Positions 1-9,723 of a stretch of DNA of 64,000 nucleotides are shown piece after piece (within the stretch, counting starts at the first letter, position 1; the number at the start of each line of letters is the position of its first letter). The notes below the pieces were generated by a model. The model saw nothing but the letters and a program-made list of their open reading frames with translations, ran no database searches and had not been told where the DNA came from. The DNA is from an uncultured Candidatus Saccharibacteria bacterium. Lineage in GTDB: Bacteria; Patescibacteriota; Minisyncoccia; UBA6257; 2-01-FULL-56-20. The DNA lies in the NCBI GenBank assembly GCA_964456235.1, contig CAYWDX010000001.1:35074-99073 (forward strand), given 5' to 3'. A program made the translations under genes and the position numbers.

Positions 1-467
1 GGCGTTGAACGGATGAAAAGATCGCTGTCGCCCTGGCCGATGATGATGAGGCCGCGCGAGCCCATCCGCGCCTTCGCAAAAAAATCGATAAGATCGCGCA
101 GAAGGACTTCGGACTTATTAAGAAAATATTTACTGTCGCCGCTCCGCGACACCTGCCGCGTAATCACCACCTCCTCAAAATCCACCGGGAAAAACTTGTT
201 CCGATTTTCAAAATGGAGGCTGGCATTCGCCATCCCCACGCGGGCTCGTTTCTGCGTGCCGGCGAAAATCAAATCTTCCACTCGCCCGCCCCTCAAATTT
301 TTCGCCTCGCGCTCGCCGAGGAGCCAGCGCAACGCATCAACGATGTTCGATTTGCCGGAACCGTTCGGGCCCACCACCGCGACGATGCCCGCCGGGAATT
401 CCAAAACCGTTTTCCCCGCAAATGATTTGAACCCGTTCAACTCCAGCCGCTTCAGAAAGTGGGACAT
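1..467 (-). CDS. smc: Chromosome segregation protein SMC, N-terminal fragment (continues beyond window start)
   Basis: Reverse-strand translation from ATG at 467-465 gives MSHFLKRLELNGFKSFAGKTVLEFPAGIVAVVGPNGSGKSNIVDALRWLLGE..., an SMC-type Walker A head (GFKSF, GPNGSGKSN). It is absent from the ORF track because no stop lies inside the window. Confidence 0.7.
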   Translation of the reverse strand, partial: MSHFLKRLELNGFKSFAGKTVLEFPAGIVAVVGPNGSGKSNIVDALRWLLGEREAKNLRGGRVEDLIFAGTQKRARVGMANASLHFENRNKFFPVDFEEVVITRQVSRSGDSKYFLNKSEVLLRDLIDFFAKARMGSRGLIIIGQGDSDLFIRST

Positions 468-476
468 GGCGCACGA

Positions 477-1202
477 TTATTTTTTACCCGAGGCTCCCGA
501 ACCAGCCGAACCGCCCTGCCCGCTGCTTTTCGCCAGGGCATTTTTTGCCGCCACGAGTTCTGCTTCCTGCTTTGACGCGCCCTCGCCTTCCGCGATCAAT
601 TTGCCTTGAAAATAAACGCCCATCGTGAACACACGCTTATGCGCCGGCCCCTCTTCCGAAAGCATCTTATAGGTAGGCGTTAATTTCATTTTTTCCTGCA
701 CAAATTCCTGAAGTTCGCTCTTCGCGTCCTTGTAGCTGCGCGTGGTCATGACCTCGTCGAGATTCGACATCACGTTTTTCTTCACGAACGGGCGCACCTT
801 TTCCATCCCCTGGTCAAGATACATTCCGCCGATCACCGCTTCGATGGCGTTCGCCAAAATGACTTCGCGTGCCTTGCCCAAATCCTTGCGCTCGCCGCGG
901 GACATCAACATGAAATCTTGCAATCCTAATTTTTCCGCGACCCGCGCGAGAATTTGATAATTGACGAGCGCGGCGCGCAGCACGGTCAGCTTCCCTTCGG
1001 GAAATTTTGGGAATTTTAAAAAAAGCTCCTCGGTCACGATGAGTTCCAGCACGGCGTCTCCCAGATATTCAAGGCGCTCATTGTGCGGGACGCGCGCCGA
1101 CGGCAGTTCATTCAAATAGGATCGGTGCGTGAGCGCTTCGGTCAGTAAATCTTCATCCTTAAATTTGAAGCCGAGCTTTTTTTCGAGTTTTGCGGGGTCC
1201 AT
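477..1202 (-). CDS. rnc: Ribonuclease III
   Basis: ERLEYLGDAVLEL RNase III signature plus a C-terminal dsRBD. Its position downstream of nusB is typical. Confidence 0.9.
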   Translation of the reverse strand: MDPAKLEKKLGFKFKDEDLLTEALTHRSYLNELPSARVPHNERLEYLGDAVLELIVTEELFLKFPKFPEGKLTVLRAALVNYQILARVAEKLGLQDFMLMSRGERKDLGKAREVILANAIEAVIGGMYLDQGMEKVRPFVKKNVMSNLDEVMTTRSYKDAKSELQEFVQEKMKLTPTYKMLSEEGPAHKRVFTMGVYFQGKLIAEGEGASKQEAELVAAKNALAKSSGQGGSAGSGASGKK

Positions 1203-1211
1203 GCGCGTTGT

Positions 1212-1700
1212 TTAATTCATTGAGTTCGTCGATGGCTTGGTCGCTGATTTTTCTGTCACCGATTTTCCCGTGCTTGATTTCCGCTCGCCCATCTCCCGGT
1301 AGATCGTGCCGAGGACGCCATTCACAAAACGCGCCGCATTCGGGCCGCCATAATTTTTTGCAAGTTCAATCGCTTCGTTGATCGCCACTTTCGGCGGAAC
1401 TTCATCGGGGTCGGCATACAGCAATTCGTAGAGGCCGACGCGCAAAATGTTGCGGTCGATGATCGCGATTTTGTCGAGAGGCCACTCGGGGGCGGCTTTT
1501 ACGATTATATTGTCGATCGCCTTCAGGTGCTCGGCGACGCCCTTCATGATCTTCCAGGCAAATTCCGGCTCGTCGATGCCGGGCGCAAATTCATTGAGAT
1601 TCCGTTCCAAAATGGCGGTGATGTCTTTCTTTCGGCCATAAAAATCCCATTCGTAAAGCGACTGGAGAATGACCGTTCGGATCAAGTGTCGTGTTGCCAT
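1212..1700 (-). CDS. nusB: Transcription antitermination factor NusB
   Basis: The N-terminal [17 protein letters not shown] motif and overall length match NusB. Confidence 0.85.
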   Translation of the reverse strand: MATRHLIRTVILQSLYEWDFYGRKKDITAILERNLNEFAPGIDEPEFAWKIMKGVAEHLKAIDNIIVKAAPEWPLDKIAIIDRNILRVGLYELLYADPDEVPPKVAINEAIELAKNYGGPNAARFVNGVLGTIYREMGERKSSTGKSVTEKSATKPSTNSMN

Positions 1701-1722
1701 TGGATTGAGGAAGAACTGCTGC

Positions 1723-2580
1723 CTACCTGCTGCCGCGCGCGAACCCTATTTCTTTCCGCATTGGGGGCAAGCGCGATGCGCGAGTTTCGGCGCGCCGCAA
1801 TGCTTGCAAACGAAAAGGCGCTGCTTTTTCATGGCGAGATGCGACCGGCGCCGGCCCACTTTCCCCTTTGAATGATGTTTTACTGGTACGCCTCCCATAT
1901 GGGTTCATCATAAAAAATTTATCAAGAAAGGTCAACCGATGCGCGGGGCTCGGGCCATGTTTTGCGATCGCCGCTCGGTGCAATTTTGTGCCGTATCCTT
2001 TGTGGATTTCGAATCCAAATTTTGGATATTTTTTCGCGAGCCGTTGCATAAACCGATCACGATGAACTTTGGCGATGATTGAGGCTACTTTTACCGCATT
2101 AATCTTTTCGTCACCCTTCACGATAGTTTTCGCGTTTGGAAAACCTATATTTTTGTGATTGCCAAGAAATAATCCTCCATCGAGGAAAACTTTGGTTTTA
2201 CGCTTCAACCCGGCCGATTTTTCCAGCCGGGCGAACGCCCGTGCCGCAGCCAGATTTGCCGCGTTTGAGATATTGTGCCGCTCGATCTGGCGCGGATAAA
2301 CGCGCGCGATCGCACAGATTACTTTCGGCGCGGGCGCCGCATTGCCCTCAATGCCGCCGCGCGCGTCACCGCCCGCGCCGCCATGATTAAGAAAAAATGA
2401 AAGCCACGCCTCGCGCTGCGCCGCGCTCAATTTTTTAGAATCTTTTAATAATCCAAGTTTGTGATTTTTGAACGACGCTTTTGCCGGAAGGAGCGCTGCC
2501 GCGACGACGACGGGTCCCGCGAGCGCGCCGCGACCGACTTCATCGATGCCAACGATCCATTTCATGTTGCGAGCGTTCAC
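1723..2580 (-). CDS. rnhB: Ribonuclease HII. The ORF is over-extended at the C-terminus through rpmF, so the real end is probably near 1908.
   Basis: The [19 protein letters not shown] catalytic N-terminus and an HRLTF C-terminal motif identify RNase HII. After LDKFF the frame runs about 60 codons through the L32 gene. A T6 run at 1912-1917 would, as T5, terminate rnhB at the TGATGA. Confidence 0.8.
   Translation of the reverse strand: MNARNMKWIVGIDEVGRGALAGPVVVAAALLPAKASFKNHKLGLLKDSKKLSAAQREAWLSFFLNHGGAGGDARGGIEGNAAPAPKVICAIARVYPRQIERHNISNAANLAAARAFARLEKSAGLKRKTKVFLDGGLFLGNHKNIGFPNAKTIVKGDEKINAVKVASIIAKVHRDRFMQRLAKKYPKFGFEIHKGYGTKLHRAAIAKHGPSPAHRLTFLDKFFMMNPYGRRTSKTSFKGESGPAPVASRHEKAAPFRLQALRRAETRASRLPPMRKEIGFARGSR
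1746..1898 (-). CDS. rpmF: 50S ribosomal protein L32 (zinc-ribbon type), hidden in an alternate frame of the rnhB ORF tail
   Basis: Minus-strand ATG at 1898-1896 translates to [50 protein letters not shown]. This matches L32 (VPKRRTSK...RRSH, then CxxC-N11-CxxC). Tandem TGATGA stops lie 9 nt upstream in the same frame. Confidence 0.75.
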   Translation of the reverse strand: MGGVPVKHHSKGKVGRRRSHLAMKKQRLFVCKHCGAPKLAHRACPQCGKK

Positions 2581-2608
2581 TAAAAAATTATTTCACGAAT
2601 TTGATCAA

Positions 2609-2655
2609 AAGAAAAAGGCCCGCAGCGACCCGGGTAGGGTTGAGCACTGCGAGCC
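2609..2655 (-). terminator. Putative intrinsic terminator after the exported-protein gene
   Basis: Inverted repeat ggcccgcag/ctgcgagcc with a long loop, followed on the minus strand by CTTTTTC. Confidence 0.35.
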
Positions 2656-2687
2656 TTTTATTGGAAGCACCCTTTGCTCCCAATCCA

Positions 2688-3344
2688 TTAGAAGAGATTC
2701 TTGAAAGTGCTTCGGACACGCTTGAAACCCTGCACCGCATCGATGGTCGGTCCGCCTGCCACGTAGATGCCGTTTGCCGTGGTTGCGGCGAGGCCGTCAC
2801 CGAAATTTCTGCCGGCGCGAATGCAGAACGTTGGCAGAATCCCCGGACGTGGCGCAAATTCCACTTGCACGCCGGGGGTGAACAGTAGCCCGCTGCTCGA
2901 ATCGGTGTAGCCGCCCGGGAAAGGTCCGCCGTAGTGCGCGTTCACGTGGCTTCGCGTGTAAGCGAACTGTGCGAAGGCGCCGGCGCGAAGCGAGTGATGG
3001 ACCGCGGGTGCCCGCACGATAAAGCCGCCGCCGCCAGACCAGTCGTACTCATTCGCCGTCACCTTCCCAACATCAGGATCATCCGTCGTGTAACCATGGA
3101 CTGCCGACCGGCCGCCGATGAGGTACACGCCGAAGCTCTGCAGCGGGTTCAGTTCAAGGATACCGCTGCCACCGATGGCCACGCCATTCCGGCCGCCGAG
3201 AAAGCCGGCTCGCATGAACGGGATCGCGGTGCTGCTTGGTGGAGTGGTCGTCTGCGCGATCGCAGAAAGGGATGCGAGAACTGCGAAGGTTGCGAGAATC
3301 AAACAGCGCACAAACCGGATGGGCCGCATAGCTGCTCTCCTCAC
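2688..3344 (-). CDS. Hypothetical exported protein (signal peptide, Gly-rich, C-terminal Phe)
   Basis: N-terminal hydrophobic signal sequence ending AIAQ and a Gly/aromatic-rich body. A GAGGAG RBS precedes the start. I recognise no family. Confidence 0.6.
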   Translation of the reverse strand: MRRAAMRPIRFVRCLILATFAVLASLSAIAQTTTPPSSTAIPFMRAGFLGGRNGVAIGGSGILELNPLQSFGVYLIGGRSAVHGYTTDDPDVGKVTANEYDWSGGGGFIVRAPAVHHSLRAGAFAQFAYTRSHVNAHYGGPFPGGYTDSSSGLLFTPGVQVEFAPRPGILPTFCIRAGRNFGDGLAATTANGIYVAGGPTIDAVQGFKRVRSTFKNLF

Positions 3345-3384
3345 AGATTAGCGTTCCGATCTTCTAGAACTAAATTCTAGTATG

Positions 3385-3744
3385 CTATAAACCGCCCAAA
3401 TTGCCAATACTATTCACCGATGCCTGGATGGCCGATTGGATCCAAACGATGGCGAGCCAAAAAGTGATAATGGTGGATGCAATGAGGAGCGTGACGGCGA
3501 TCATGCCGATTTGCTTGGCTTGCGGATCATTTGAACGGATGTATTTCACGCCGGGCCAGCGGGTGATCCCGAGATAAACGATCATTGGCAGGATAATGCT
3601 CAATGCGTAGATCCACGCCTGCGTTCCCGCGGACGTTGAGAGCGGTTCTTCGCGCAGATTTTTCCCGCAGTTTGGGCAAAAATAAAATTCTGATTGAACG
3701 GGCGCGTGGCACACCGGGCAGGCGGGCAAATTATTTTCCGGCAT
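3385..3744 (-). CDS. Zinc-ribbon domain membrane protein
   Basis: An N-terminal CPVC-N13-CPNC zinc ribbon followed by two predicted TM helices. The start overlaps the stop of the upstream HD gene. Confidence 0.6.
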   Translation of the reverse strand: MPENNLPACPVCHAPVQSEFYFCPNCGKNLREEPLSTSAGTQAWIYALSIILPMIVYLGITRWPGVKYIRSNDPQAKQIGMIAVTLLIASTIITFWLAIVWIQSAIQASVNSIGNLGGL

Positions 3745-4321
3745 TGGGAACCTTAAACCATTTATTGGCGGTGAGGTGCCAGCTCGACGGATCGGCCGAC
3801 TGCAATTCGTCCCAAAACTTTTTTGCGGATTCGGTATACAATTTTTCGTCGCGGACTTTGCGGCGCGTGCCCACCCACTTTGCTGGCAGGCCCGATCCCC
3901 GCTCCGCGAGCTCTTTCAGTTCCAAATCGACATCTAAATTATCGGCGTCTTTCACGATTTTGGCTTCAATCGTTTTGCGGTCTTCAAATTCCTGTAAAAT
4001 CTCGGAGCGCAGGTCGTCGAGTATCGTTCCCGCAAAAAGATCTTTCGCCGCCCGCGCTTCGTCCGAGGTAACGTACACCTTTTGCATATAACTATGATCT
4101 GATACGCGCGTTTCCGCGAGATCGTGCACGAGGGCCATCTTAATAATTTTTTCTTCGTTCGTTACGCTTTCCTTGCGCGCGAGCACGAGGGCAAGAAACG
4201 CCACGCGGAAGCTGTGCTCCGGATCGCTCGCACACTCCATGGCAAGGTGCTGCTTCCAGCCCCGTTCCATGTTGCGGAGCGTGCCAATCTCAAAAAGAAA
4301 CTCAATATCCCGTTCGTACAT
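3731..4321 (-). CDS. HD-domain phosphohydrolase (YfbR-like 5'-deoxynucleotidase family)
   Basis: H...HD motif (HSFRVAFLA....VHDLAE) with the D..D pattern typical of YfbR-like HD hydrolases. Confidence 0.7.
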   Translation of the reverse strand: MYERDIEFLFEIGTLRNMERGWKQHLAMECASDPEHSFRVAFLALVLARKESVTNEEKIIKMALVHDLAETRVSDHSYMQKVYVTSDEARAAKDLFAGTILDDLRSEILQEFEDRKTIEAKIVKDADNLDVDLELKELAERGSGLPAKWVGTRRKVRDEKLYTESAKKFWDELQSADPSSWHLTANKWFKVPNAGK

Positions 4322-4348
4322 GGGATCAGTATAGCAAAAGAATTATCG

Positions 4349-4383
4349 TGCCCCCGTGAGGATTCGAACCTGGGACCATCTCC
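4349..4383 (-). other. Orphan tRNA 3'-half remnant (T-arm plus acceptor, no D-arm or 5' acceptor)
   Basis: The minus strand reads ggagatggtcccaggttcgaatcctcacgggggca, containing a GGTTCGAATCC T-loop. No matching 5' half exists in the 35 nt separating it from tRNA-Lys. Confidence 0.45.
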
Positions 4384-4418
4384 TTACGATTGGGAGCGAG
4401 GCGAAAATAAATGCCTCT

Positions 4419-4494
4419 TGGTGCCTCCTGCAGGGATCGAACCTGCGACCATCTCCTTAAAAGGGAGCTGCTCTACCAACTGAGCTAAGGAGGC
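4419..4494 (-). tRNA. tRNA-Lys (anticodon TTT), CCA encoded
   Basis: Manual cloverleaf: 7-bp acceptor GCCTCCT/AGGAGGC, a TAGCTCAGTTGGTAGAGC D-arm, anticodon loop CTTTTAA, T-arm GCAGGTTCGATCCCTGC, and a 3' ACCA. Confidence 0.85.
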
Positions 4495-4563
4495 TTCGCG
4501 GATTATTGTACGGAAAAATCACCGAAGATTCAAGCGTGCACGGCAAAGTTTAATCAGTTTTTA

Positions 4564-5211
4564 ATGTCTGGTGAGTATACTGCGTCCATGGACCGCCCTA
4601 AAAATTATGCGGCTGTTTTTGTGATCCTTCTCCTTGGCACTTACCTCTATTATTTGCAATATCACGATAGCGGCGGCTTGGTCATGAATGAAAATTCGCA
4701 AGTGCTTGCACTACTCGCAGCTGCCGCAAAAAATTTGGTGATTACGCGGCGGACGCAAACGCGATCGTGTGGGATCAACGGCCCGCTCCCGGATCCACAA
4801 TGCACGCCCGGTGCAATTTTTCCGAACGCGATCCCTCAAAAAATTTGCCAGTCCGGATATTCAAAAAGCGTACGGAGCGTTTCGGCAAAAACTAAAAAAC
4901 TTGTGTATGCGGAGTATGGCATCACCTACCCGCAACCGACGGGTGGTTATGAAGCTGACCACCTGATCCCCCTCGAACTCGGGGGCAGCAACGACATCGC
5001 AAATCTTTTTCCAGAGGCGGCGAAACCGGCGCCAGGATTTCACGAGAAGGATTTGGTCGAAAATTATCTGCACGATGAAGTGTGCGCCGGGAAGATAAAT
5101 CTCAGCGCGGCACAAAAACAAATCGCGCATGACTGGCTTGCCGTTTACAACCTCCTCACGCCCGATGAAATCGCAGCGCTCAAAGCGCAAAAGGCGAGGT
5201 GGGGCGATTAG
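4564..5211 (+). CDS. Membrane-anchored HNH endonuclease-domain protein
   Basis: An N-terminal TM helix and a C-terminal HNH-like motif YEADHLIPLELGGSNDIANLFPE with upstream Cys pairs. GC is lower than in the flanks. Confidence 0.6.
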   Translation: MSGEYTASMDRPKNYAAVFVILLLGTYLYYLQYHDSGGLVMNENSQVLALLAAAAKNLVITRRTQTRSCGINGPLPDPQCTPGAIFPNAIPQKICQSGYSKSVRSVSAKTKKLVYAEYGITYPQPTGGYEADHLIPLELGGSNDIANLFPEAAKPAPGFHEKDLVENYLHDEVCAGKINLSAAQKQIAHDWLAVYNLLTPDEIAALKAQKARWGD

Positions 5212-5234
5212 CTTGGCGAAGCCGATGACGCAGA

Positions 5235-5660
5235 TTAGTGCTTTTCAAATACCGCGAGTCCCTTCCTCTTTTTATATCCGCACCTTGCCGCAAAGCCGAA
5301 ATTTCTGGGCGCGGTTTCAAAATAGATTGCCGTTCCCCTTACGAGCGATTCAATTTCCCGCATCATGGCGAAGCCCACGCCCGCCCGTTGGTATTCGGGT
5401 GCCACGATCATATCGAGAATCTTTGTATCGATCGCATGATCGGTGAGGGCACGCGCGATGCCGATCAGTTCGCCCGCGCCATTTCGCGCCGAGACCACGA
5501 TGTCGCAATTCGCAAGCGATTTTTTCATTCGCGCGGCGGAATATTTTTTAGCGGTTCCCCATCCGAGCTCGATATACAAGTCGGCGGCTTCACTGGGAGA
5601 AACCGATTTACGGTTGGCGGAGATAAAAAATGGATCGGTGATGTTTTTGGAAACGGGCAT
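5235..5660 (-). CDS. GNAT family N-acetyltransferase
   Basis: Acetyl-CoA binding motif A (EYQRAGVGFAMM) is present. I chose the start at MPVSKN just after the dnaJ stop. The longer ORF to 5789 would overlap dnaJ. Confidence 0.65.
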   Translation of the reverse strand: MPVSKNITDPFFISANRKSVSPSEAADLYIELGWGTAKKYSAARMKKSLANCDIVVSARNGAGELIGIARALTDHAIDTKILDMIVAPEYQRAGVGFAMMREIESLVRGTAIYFETAPRNFGFAARCGYKKRKGLAVFEKH

Positions 5661-5676
5661 GCGCCCATTATACCGG

Positions 5677-6780
5677 CTATTCGCTTTCGCCTGCCAATTC
5701 TTCCAAAATCTTCTTCGCCCGTGCGCCCAATTTTTTTGGCGTTTTGACGATAAAATCAACGTAGAGCTCGCCACGGCCGTTCGTTCCAAAATTCGGCATC
5801 CCCTCGTTCGGAATGCGGAGGTTTCCTTTCAAATTGAATCCGGCCGGAATTTCGACAGAAATTTTTCCGCCCGAGATGGTCGGCACTTCTAATTTTCTGC
5901 CGAGCAAGAGGTCGATGAGTTTCACTTCGCGCGTCACAATAAGATTGCTGCCTTCGCGCAGGAATGTTTGATGCGGTTTGATCGAAACCCGCAGATAAAG
6001 ATCGCCCGCCGCCGTGCCGCGCTCGCCCGCCTCGCCCATGCCCTTGATTTTGATGAGCTGGCCGTCGGCAATGCCGGGCAGAATGTCGACTTTCACATCC
6101 CGGTTTGCATCCACGCGTCCCACGCCCCTGCACGTTCCACAAGCTTTCTTCGGAATCTCGCCGGCGCCATGGCATTTTTCGCACGCCTTCACCTGGGCAA
6201 AATTCCCGAAAAAGGTGCGCTTCTGTTCGCGGACTTCGCCCCGGCCGTCGCACGTCCCACATTTTTCAAAACCACTTCCCGCCTCCGCGCCCTTCCCGCC
6301 GCATTTTTCACAGGCGACGAGCGTGCGCAAGCGGAATGTTTTCGTGACGCCGCGGAATGCTTCTTCTAACGTAATTTCTTCGCGCAATTCTAAATCGGCG
6401 CCGCGTTCATACGTTTTGCGCCGCGGGCGCATGCCGATGCCTTCGAAAAATGATTCGAAAACGTCGCCGAGGTCACCCATGTCGCCGAAACCCTGCGACG
6501 GATCGAAACCAAAACCCTCAAAGCCGGCACCATTGCCGAACCCGCCGAATCCTCCAAAGCCATTGGAACCGGACTCGGCGTTTCCGAAACGGTCATAGTG
6601 GGTGCGCCGCGCCTTATCCGAAAGGACTTGGTACGCCTCGTTAATTTCCTTGAACTTCGCCTCATTCCCGCCCGGTTTATCCGGGTGGTATTGGTGCGCG
6701 AGCTTTCGATAGGCCTTCTTTATTTCGTCGTCCGTGGCCGATTTGGTTACGCCGAGTATGTGGTAATAATCTTTTGCCAT
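5677..6780 (-). CDS. dnaJ: Chaperone DnaJ
   Basis: J-domain with HPD ([12 protein letters not shown]), a G/F region and four CxxCxGxG zinc-finger repeats. The start is taken at [11 protein letters not shown]. Confidence 0.9.
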   Translation of the reverse strand: MAKDYYHILGVTKSATDDEIKKAYRKLAHQYHPDKPGGNEAKFKEINEAYQVLSDKARRTHYDRFGNAESGSNGFGGFGGFGNGAGFEGFGFDPSQGFGDMGDLGDVFESFFEGIGMRPRRKTYERGADLELREEITLEEAFRGVTKTFRLRTLVACEKCGGKGAEAGSGFEKCGTCDGRGEVREQKRTFFGNFAQVKACEKCHGAGEIPKKACGTCRGVGRVDANRDVKVDILPGIADGQLIKIKGMGEAGERGTAAGDLYLRVSIKPHQTFLREGSNLIVTREVKLIDLLLGRKLEVPTISGGKISVEIPAGFNLKGNLRIPNEGMPNFGTNGRGELYVDFIVKTPKKLGARAKKILEELAGESE

Positions 6781-6857
6781 CGTGGTATATAGTACACCGC
6801 TAAGATTAAAAAACAATTAATGCCGACTTGACATCATGAAGAACGGCCGCGGGCGGC

Positions 6858-7883
6858 CTAATACTGCACCGTCTCTTTCGTCTGCGGCACGCCTTCAATG
6901 CGCATAAAGCCGGTCGCGAGCAATCCTTCGTAGACGAGGAGCAACAGTAACTGCACGAAGAACACGAACAAGTATCCAACGAAACGGAACACGAGGAAGA
7001 GCACGACGACCCAAATGACCACAAACTGGTTTGGAAATTTGTCTTGCCATCCCGCAAGCGTCGCCACGATATAGTCGTAAGCGATGTCGCTCATCGGCGT
7101 CGTCGGCGAGGGCGCAACGCCGGTTGATTCCTTCACGCTGGCCGAAAATTGCGCGACCGCCTGGTTGAGCGCCTGATCCTGTGCCGAGGCCGGCAACGCT
7201 GCGAACGATGGGTTGTTTTCAAATTCCGCTCTCGCAAATCCCTTCGCGAAATCCCCAAACGTGCCGTTCAGCGTGAGGTTGGGATAGGCGTTGTCGAAAA
7301 CATTCGCAGACCAAGCGAACAACGTTCGGAAGCTGGAGCGCGGGATGAAGATTCCTTTTCCCTGGGCCTGGGGCGCATAGACGATCAAGAAAAATAAAAT
7401 GGCGCCGCTGGCGATTTTTCCAATGGCCCCGCGCGTTGCTTTGAAGAAATGGATTTCCACTTCGTTCTGCACTTCAAACCGCCCCTCGAGATATCCCCAT
7501 AACAGCAACGCAACAAGGATTCCGCCCACGACGAGCACCACCGGGATCGCATCATAAAATGCGAACGCGATCACCATCGCAACGCTCTCGCCGACGATGA
7601 TCCCGGTGCGTCGCCAGACACTTTTTTCGAGGAACATCTGGAGGCCCGAGGTAAGCGAGAAAATAACGAGGCCGATGAGGATGTACCACGGCGACGCACC
7701 GACCGTCAGGTAGCGGAAGTAGGAGTAGCCAAAGAAAAGGGCTGCGGCGACGCCGAGGCAATCCAAGACGAGGGCGCGCCAGAAGCCCGGCGGCTCGCTC
7801 GAAAGTTCTGCTTTCGTGAGATTAACTAGATTTTGGCCCTGGGGCTGCTGGTTCGTCAGGGCTGCCGGGTTCAGTTCCGCCAT
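6858..7883 (-). CDS. Multi-pass membrane protein of unknown function, inserted between dnaK and dnaJ
   Basis: At least six hydrophobic helices with no recognised family. Start uncertain: the ORF extends to 7946 and overlaps the dnaK 3' end. Confidence 0.55.
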   Translation of the reverse strand: MAELNPAALTNQQPQGQNLVNLTKAELSSEPPGFWRALVLDCLGVAAALFFGYSYFRYLTVGASPWYILIGLVIFSLTSGLQMFLEKSVWRRTGIIVGESVAMVIAFAFYDAIPVVLVVGGILVALLLWGYLEGRFEVQNEVEIHFFKATRGAIGKIASGAILFFLIVYAPQAQGKGIFIPRSSFRTLFAWSANVFDNAYPNLTLNGTFGDFAKGFARAEFENNPSFAALPASAQDQALNQAVAQFSASVKESTGVAPSPTTPMSDIAYDYIVATLAGWQDKFPNQFVVIWVVVLFLVFRFVGYLFVFFVQLLLLLVYEGLLATGFMRIEGVPQTKETVQY

Positions 7884-9702
7884 TCCCTTTATTATAGAAC
7901 GCCTGGCCGATTTTTTGAATCTCCGCGGAGAGGGCGCTCGTTGCATCCTGGATCGCGGCGAGATCCTCCCCGTCTTTCGCCTTTTTGAGAGCTTCCAATT
8001 TTTCCGTCACGGTCGTTTTTACATCAGCCGGAACCTTGTCTCCCCCATCCTTCAACGCCTTTTCGCTCGTGTAGATGAGCGACTCCGCCTGGTTACGCGC
8101 TTCAATCACCTCCTTGTGCTTCGCGTCTTCGGCCGCGTGCTCGGCTGCATCTTTTTTCATTTTTTCAATGTCTGCTTTCGAAAGATTGGTGGAGGCCTCG
8201 ATCTTCACCGATTGCGTTTTGCCCGTACCTTTATCTTTTGCGGATACATTCAGGATGCCGTTCGCATCAATATCAAAACTCACTTCCACCTGCGGCATGC
8301 CGCGCGGGGCCGGCGGAATTCCATCGAGAATGAAATTTGCGAGCGTCTTATTATCTTTTGCCATCGGCCGTTCGCCTTGGAGCACATGGACCTCGACCGA
8401 GGTCTGGTTGTCGGCTGCCGTGCTGAAAACCTGCGTCTTCGCCGTCGGCACGGTCGTGTTCTTTTGGATCATGGGCGTCGCGACGCCGCCGAGCGTCTCA
8501 ATGCTCAAGGTGAGCGGCGTCACATCGAGGAGCAGAATATCTTTCACGTCTCCCTGTAAAATTCCTGCCTGCACTGCGGCGCCAACCGCGACCACCTCAT
8601 CCGGGTTGATGCCCTGATGCGGATCTTTCCCGAAAAGTTTTTTCACCGCTTCCTGCATCGCCGGCATGCGCGTTTGGCCGCCGACCAAAATGACTTCGTT
8701 GATTTCGGAGAGCTGGAACCCAGCGCCTTTCGGTGCGGTCGCAGTCACTGTTTCTTTCGTGAGCGCGATCGAGCGCTCGATGTATTCCCCGACGAGCGAC
8801 TCGAGTTTTGCGCGCGTGATTTTCATGACGAAATGTTTTGGCCCGTCGGTGCCAGAGGTGATATAGGGCAAATTCACTTCGGTTTCCATCGCCGTTGAAA
8901 GTTCGTGCTTGGCTTTTTCTGCGGCTTCCTTCAAGCGCTGGAGCGCAAGCGGATCTTTCGAAACATCAACACCCTCTTGCTTTTTGTATTCCTCAACAAG
9001 ATACTGCTGGATCTTTTTGTCGAAGTCGTCGCCGCCGAGGTGCGTGTCGCCGCCCGTCGCCTTCGCTTCAACCGTGTCATCGCCCACCTCGAGTACCGAG
9101 ATGTCGAAGGTTCCGCCACCGAAGTCGTAGACGACAATTTTTTCACTTTTTTGCTTATTGAGGCCGTAGGCAAGCGCGGCCGCCGTCGGTTCGTTGATAA
9201 TGCGCCGCACCTTGAGACCCGCGATCTCGCCCGCATTTTTCGTCGCCTGGCGCTGCGAGTCGTCGAAATATGCCGGCACCGTGATCACCGCCTCTTCCAC
9301 TTTTTCGCCGAGCTTCGCCTCGGCGTCCGCCTTCAACTTGCCAAGAATAAATGCAGAAATCTCTTCGGGCGAATACCACCGGTCGCCCATTTTGACTTCG
9401 ACGCCGCCCGCCGCGTTCGCTTGAATATCATAAGGAAGCCACGCCTTGTCACGCGCCACCTCCTCGTCGGTAAACTTGCGGCCGATAAGGCGCTTCACTG
9501 AAAAGATGGTGTTTTTTGGATTCGTGACCGACTGGCGCTTCGCGAGCAATCCCACCAAGCGCTCGCCATTCTTTGAGATCGCCGCAATCGAAGGCGTCGT
9601 GCGATTGCCCTCCGTGTTTTCCAAGATGCGCGGTTCGCCGCCTTCGGTGACCGCAACCGCCGAGTTTGTCGTACCCAAGTCAATCCCTAAAATTTTTGCC
9701 AT
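7822..9702 (-). CDS. dnaK: Chaperone DnaK (Hsp70)
   Basis: [26 protein letters not shown] and the remaining Hsp70 signatures are present. Confidence 0.95.
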   Translation of the reverse strand: MAKILGIDLGTTNSAVAVTEGGEPRILENTEGNRTTPSIAAISKNGERLVGLLAKRQSVTNPKNTIFSVKRLIGRKFTDEEVARDKAWLPYDIQANAAGGVEVKMGDRWYSPEEISAFILGKLKADAEAKLGEKVEEAVITVPAYFDDSQRQATKNAGEIAGLKVRRIINEPTAAALAYGLNKQKSEKIVVYDFGGGTFDISVLEVGDDTVEAKATGGDTHLGGDDFDKKIQQYLVEEYKKQEGVDVSKDPLALQRLKEAAEKAKHELSTAMETEVNLPYITSGTDGPKHFVMKITRAKLESLVGEYIERSIALTKETVTATAPKGAGFQLSEINEVILVGGQTRMPAMQEAVKKLFGKDPHQGINPDEVVAVGAAVQAGILQGDVKDILLLDVTPLTLSIETLGGVATPMIQKNTTVPTAKTQVFSTAADNQTSVEVHVLQGERPMAKDNKTLANFILDGIPPAPRGMPQVEVSFDIDANGILNVSAKDKGTGKTQSVKIEASTNLSKADIEKMKKDAAEHAAEDAKHKEVIEARNQAESLIYTSEKALKDGGDKVPADVKTTVTEKLEALKKAKDGEDLAAIQDATSALSAEIQKIGQAFYNKGNGGTEPGSPDEPAAPGPKSS

Positions 9703-9723
9703 GTTTTAATAAATTTTTAATGT

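Noticed and set aside
13-609. 198-aa plus-strand ORF at the window start
   Set aside because: It is antisense to the SMC N-terminus, which shows strong Walker A homology. Its Arg/Ser-rich composition is typical of GC-rich antisense frames.
2588-2857. 89-aa minus ORF and 135-aa plus ORF in the rnhB upstream region
   Set aside because: They overlap the terminator and the 3' end of the exported protein, have no RBS and a low-complexity translation.
7816-9709. Multiple plus-strand ORFs (247, 180, 198 aa and others) opposite dnaK
   Set aside because: They are antisense to a highly conserved Hsp70 and show no motifs. Such ORFs are typical of high-GC antisense frames.
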